Source: the human T2T-CHM13v2.0 reference genome, Homo sapiens
Length of the DNA stretch: 64,000 bases
Reading direction: 5' to 3' (one strand)
Assembly: GCF_009914755.1 (NCBI RefSeq)
Contig: NC_060927.1
Each line of letters opens with the position of its first letter. The stretch's first letter is position 1. The position numbers and the translations under genes are program-made. The notes beneath the pieces are model-generated. The model was given only the letters and a program-made list of their open reading frames with translations. It was not told the origin of the DNA and did no database searches. Below, one piece after another: positions 61,820-64,000 of the stretch.

Positions 61820-62270
61820 CGAAAAGAACTCTCATTTGACAATAAAGTGCCCTATGACCCAATTATTCTAGTTCTAGATTATATATCCAACAGAAATGTA
61901 CAAATATATTCACTGAAACACGTGAACCAGAATGCTTCCAATGGCCAAACTGGAACCCACTCAAAAGCCTATCAAAGCAGAACGGATAAATTAACTGGAT
62001 TATATTCACACAATGGGATACTACATAACACTGAGAATAAACAGTCTACAATGACACATAGTACTATGAATGAGTCTCACAAACGATGTCAAGCAAAAAA
62101 AGCCAGACACTTCTTTCTGTATGATTTCATTGACATTAGCCTTGAGGGTAATGGTGACCTCTGGGGGTTGGTAACAGGGAGGGGTGCCAGAGGGCTGTGG
62201 GGGCCTGGCAGTGCTTGGTTTCTTGATCCGGGTAGAGGTTACACAGGTGAAAACTTAGTGAGCAGTCTAG
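61820..62270 (+). mobile_element. Old L1M 3' fragment
   Basis: ccctatgacccaattattcta...atgaatgagtctcacaaac...tttcttgatccgggtagaggttacacagg. Confidence 0.6.
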
Positions 62271-62289
62271 TCACTGCTCTGTCACTGAC

Positions 62290-62385
62290 CAGTAGAGAGA
62301 CCAATTGTCCTGGTTTGCCTGGGACTGTTCCCATGTTAGCACCAAAAGTCCTGTATCCTGGCAGACTGGGACGACTGGTCCCCTG
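62290..62385. mobile_element. MER81-like hAT-Blackjack element
   Basis: cagtagagagaccaattgtcctggtttgcctgggactg...ctgggacgactggtc. Confidence 0.65.
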
Positions 62386-63396
62386 GCCCGACTGTGGGAA
62401 GTGGGCAGCCACGTGGGCTTCCTTGGCCCCTGTCACCTCAACGCCACATGAAGATGGAATCCCTGCCATGATCCACTCTTGGGTTTGTTGTGAGCATCAA
62501 ACAAGGTCCTATGTGAAAATCTGTAGCTGCAGAAGATCCTGATGCCACGGCAGTGGGAAAACCCACTGAAGAATAAACAGTAAGGCAAGTCTCCATGACG
62601 GCTGGAGGGGGACCCTGGGACCAAGCGAGACCACAGCGCAGCTGGGGCTGAACAGTGAGAGCTGACCAAGGACTGCTTCTCAAGGGTCTGGTGTTTTTCC
62701 CAGGGCCAGAGGTTAGCACTGCCCAGGCCTGGGGCCGCCCTGAAAGGGGCAGGCTGGCCCCGCCCCCTACCCTGCTGTTCCTTACTTATCTAGGGAGCCA
62801 GGGAGTCAAGCTCCAGTCCAGCTGCTGTCTTCACTTGTCAGCGCCCCTTCTCCAAGAGGGGGCGGGGCAGGGAAACAGGCAGGGAAATGCACACCTGGCC
62901 CGGGGTTTTTCTGCTGATCTGGGGAAGGCTGTGGTGGTGGGGCTAATCCCAGGCAGGAAAGAGGATAACTGTCTGGACTACAATGCCTGTGGTGCAGGTT
63001 CCACTGAGGGGACTGTCCTAACAGGCTATAGTGAGTAAAGTTCCTGAGCATGTGAAAAAGTCACATTGCACAAAATTCACACCACTTCTGCTAAAGCTTT
63101 TATAACACTGGTTTCTAAACCTGGCTATGCATCAGAATCGCCCAGAACCTTCTCTCACACTGGAGTCTGAAGGCCCCAGGGGTCTAAGAAAGTATTCATA
63201 GAGGTCTTCCTCATTTTCTATGAAAATGTTAAATTTTTCCTTTTGTTCTGACAGTAAAAACATTATTGAATGAAAGCATACACATCTGCATCTTTGGGGA
63301 CACCATCCCATAACTGCATGTGGCCACACAGGTTCAGGGGCTAATGACCGTCCGCACCCTGGGGCTTCAGGGACTAAAGCAGCCAGACCCCACCGA

Positions 63397-63570
63397 CAGA
63401 GTGTTCTCAAGCCTTGTTACTCAGAGCGCAGTCGTTGAACCAGCACATTCACAAACCTAGAGCCTGTTAGAAATGTGGCATTCCAGGTCACCCAGACCTG
63501 AACAAAAACCCTGCAATGTAAGGAGCCGCCTAGGTGAGTCAGGCATGCTAATGTTTGTGAAGTGCCGGCC
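63397..63570. mobile_element. MER5A-like hAT-Charlie element
   Basis: gtgttctcaa...ctgttagaaatgt...cccagacctgaa...aatgtttgtgaagtgc. Confidence 0.5.
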
Positions 63571-64000
63571 TAGATGGCTGGCCTCCCCTCTCCTGCATTA
63601 TTGTTCATTGAAATGGCTTTGGATTTCCCACCTGATTTTTCAGTTCTAATTACTGTGTTACTTTCTTTTATCTGTTAGTCCCATTGAAGGCTCGATCATC
63701 AATAGTGTTTATTAATTCATCCATATACTAGACTCAAAGATGAGGCTAGTAGTTGGGGTCCCCGTGCCTTGGGGATGGAGTGCTATGCCCTGAAGACAAT
63801 GAGGATGCCCAGAGATTCGCCCCTGGCCTCCTGCCCTCCTTCTTTGTGGACCCACACAAGTGAGGTTTTATTACTTGGTGCCAGCCACATTTCCCACCCT
63901 CCTGACCAAAGGCCCCAGGCTGGCCAGCCTTGGGGACAGTGAGCACCCAGAATGGGGATCTTAGCATGTGTAGCTACATGATGCTATAGAATATGCATGC

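Noticed and set aside
61808-62542. 244-aa plus-strand ORF
   Set aside because: Runs through a decayed L1M fragment and MER81; chance open frame in repeat DNA.
62852-62865. CTCF-like motif CCAAGAGGGGGCGG
   Set aside because: Single imperfect match that cannot be supported without ChIP data.

Overview
Eukaryotic (human/primate) genomic DNA, very rich in Alu, L1, LTR and DNA-transposon relics. By hand translation it is the HACD2 - MYLK-AS1 - MYLK locus (human 3q21, recognised from memory). Minus strand, left: the CpG-island promoter and coding exons 1-2 of HACD2 (3-hydroxyacyl-CoA dehydratase 2). Minus strand, right: the last five exons of MYLK (end of kinase domain, autoinhibitory/calmodulin-binding helix, C-terminal Ig domain), its 3' UTR, and the intronic CArG/AT-rich promoter driving the nested 154-aa telokin. 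All seven exons have GT/AG boundaries and consistent phases. Almost all other entries in the ORF track are repeat-derived or low-complexity artefacts. I found no convincing new multi-gene system. The best leads are: a plus-strand exon whose acceptor is written into the antisense of a MYLK kinase exon; a ~155-bp locally templated insertion that splits a MER91A transposon; an array of extended YY1-type motifs at the bidirectional promoter; and several regulatory quirks of telokin and the MYLK 3' UTR. Repeat family names come from recalled consensus sequences and repeat boundaries are approximate.
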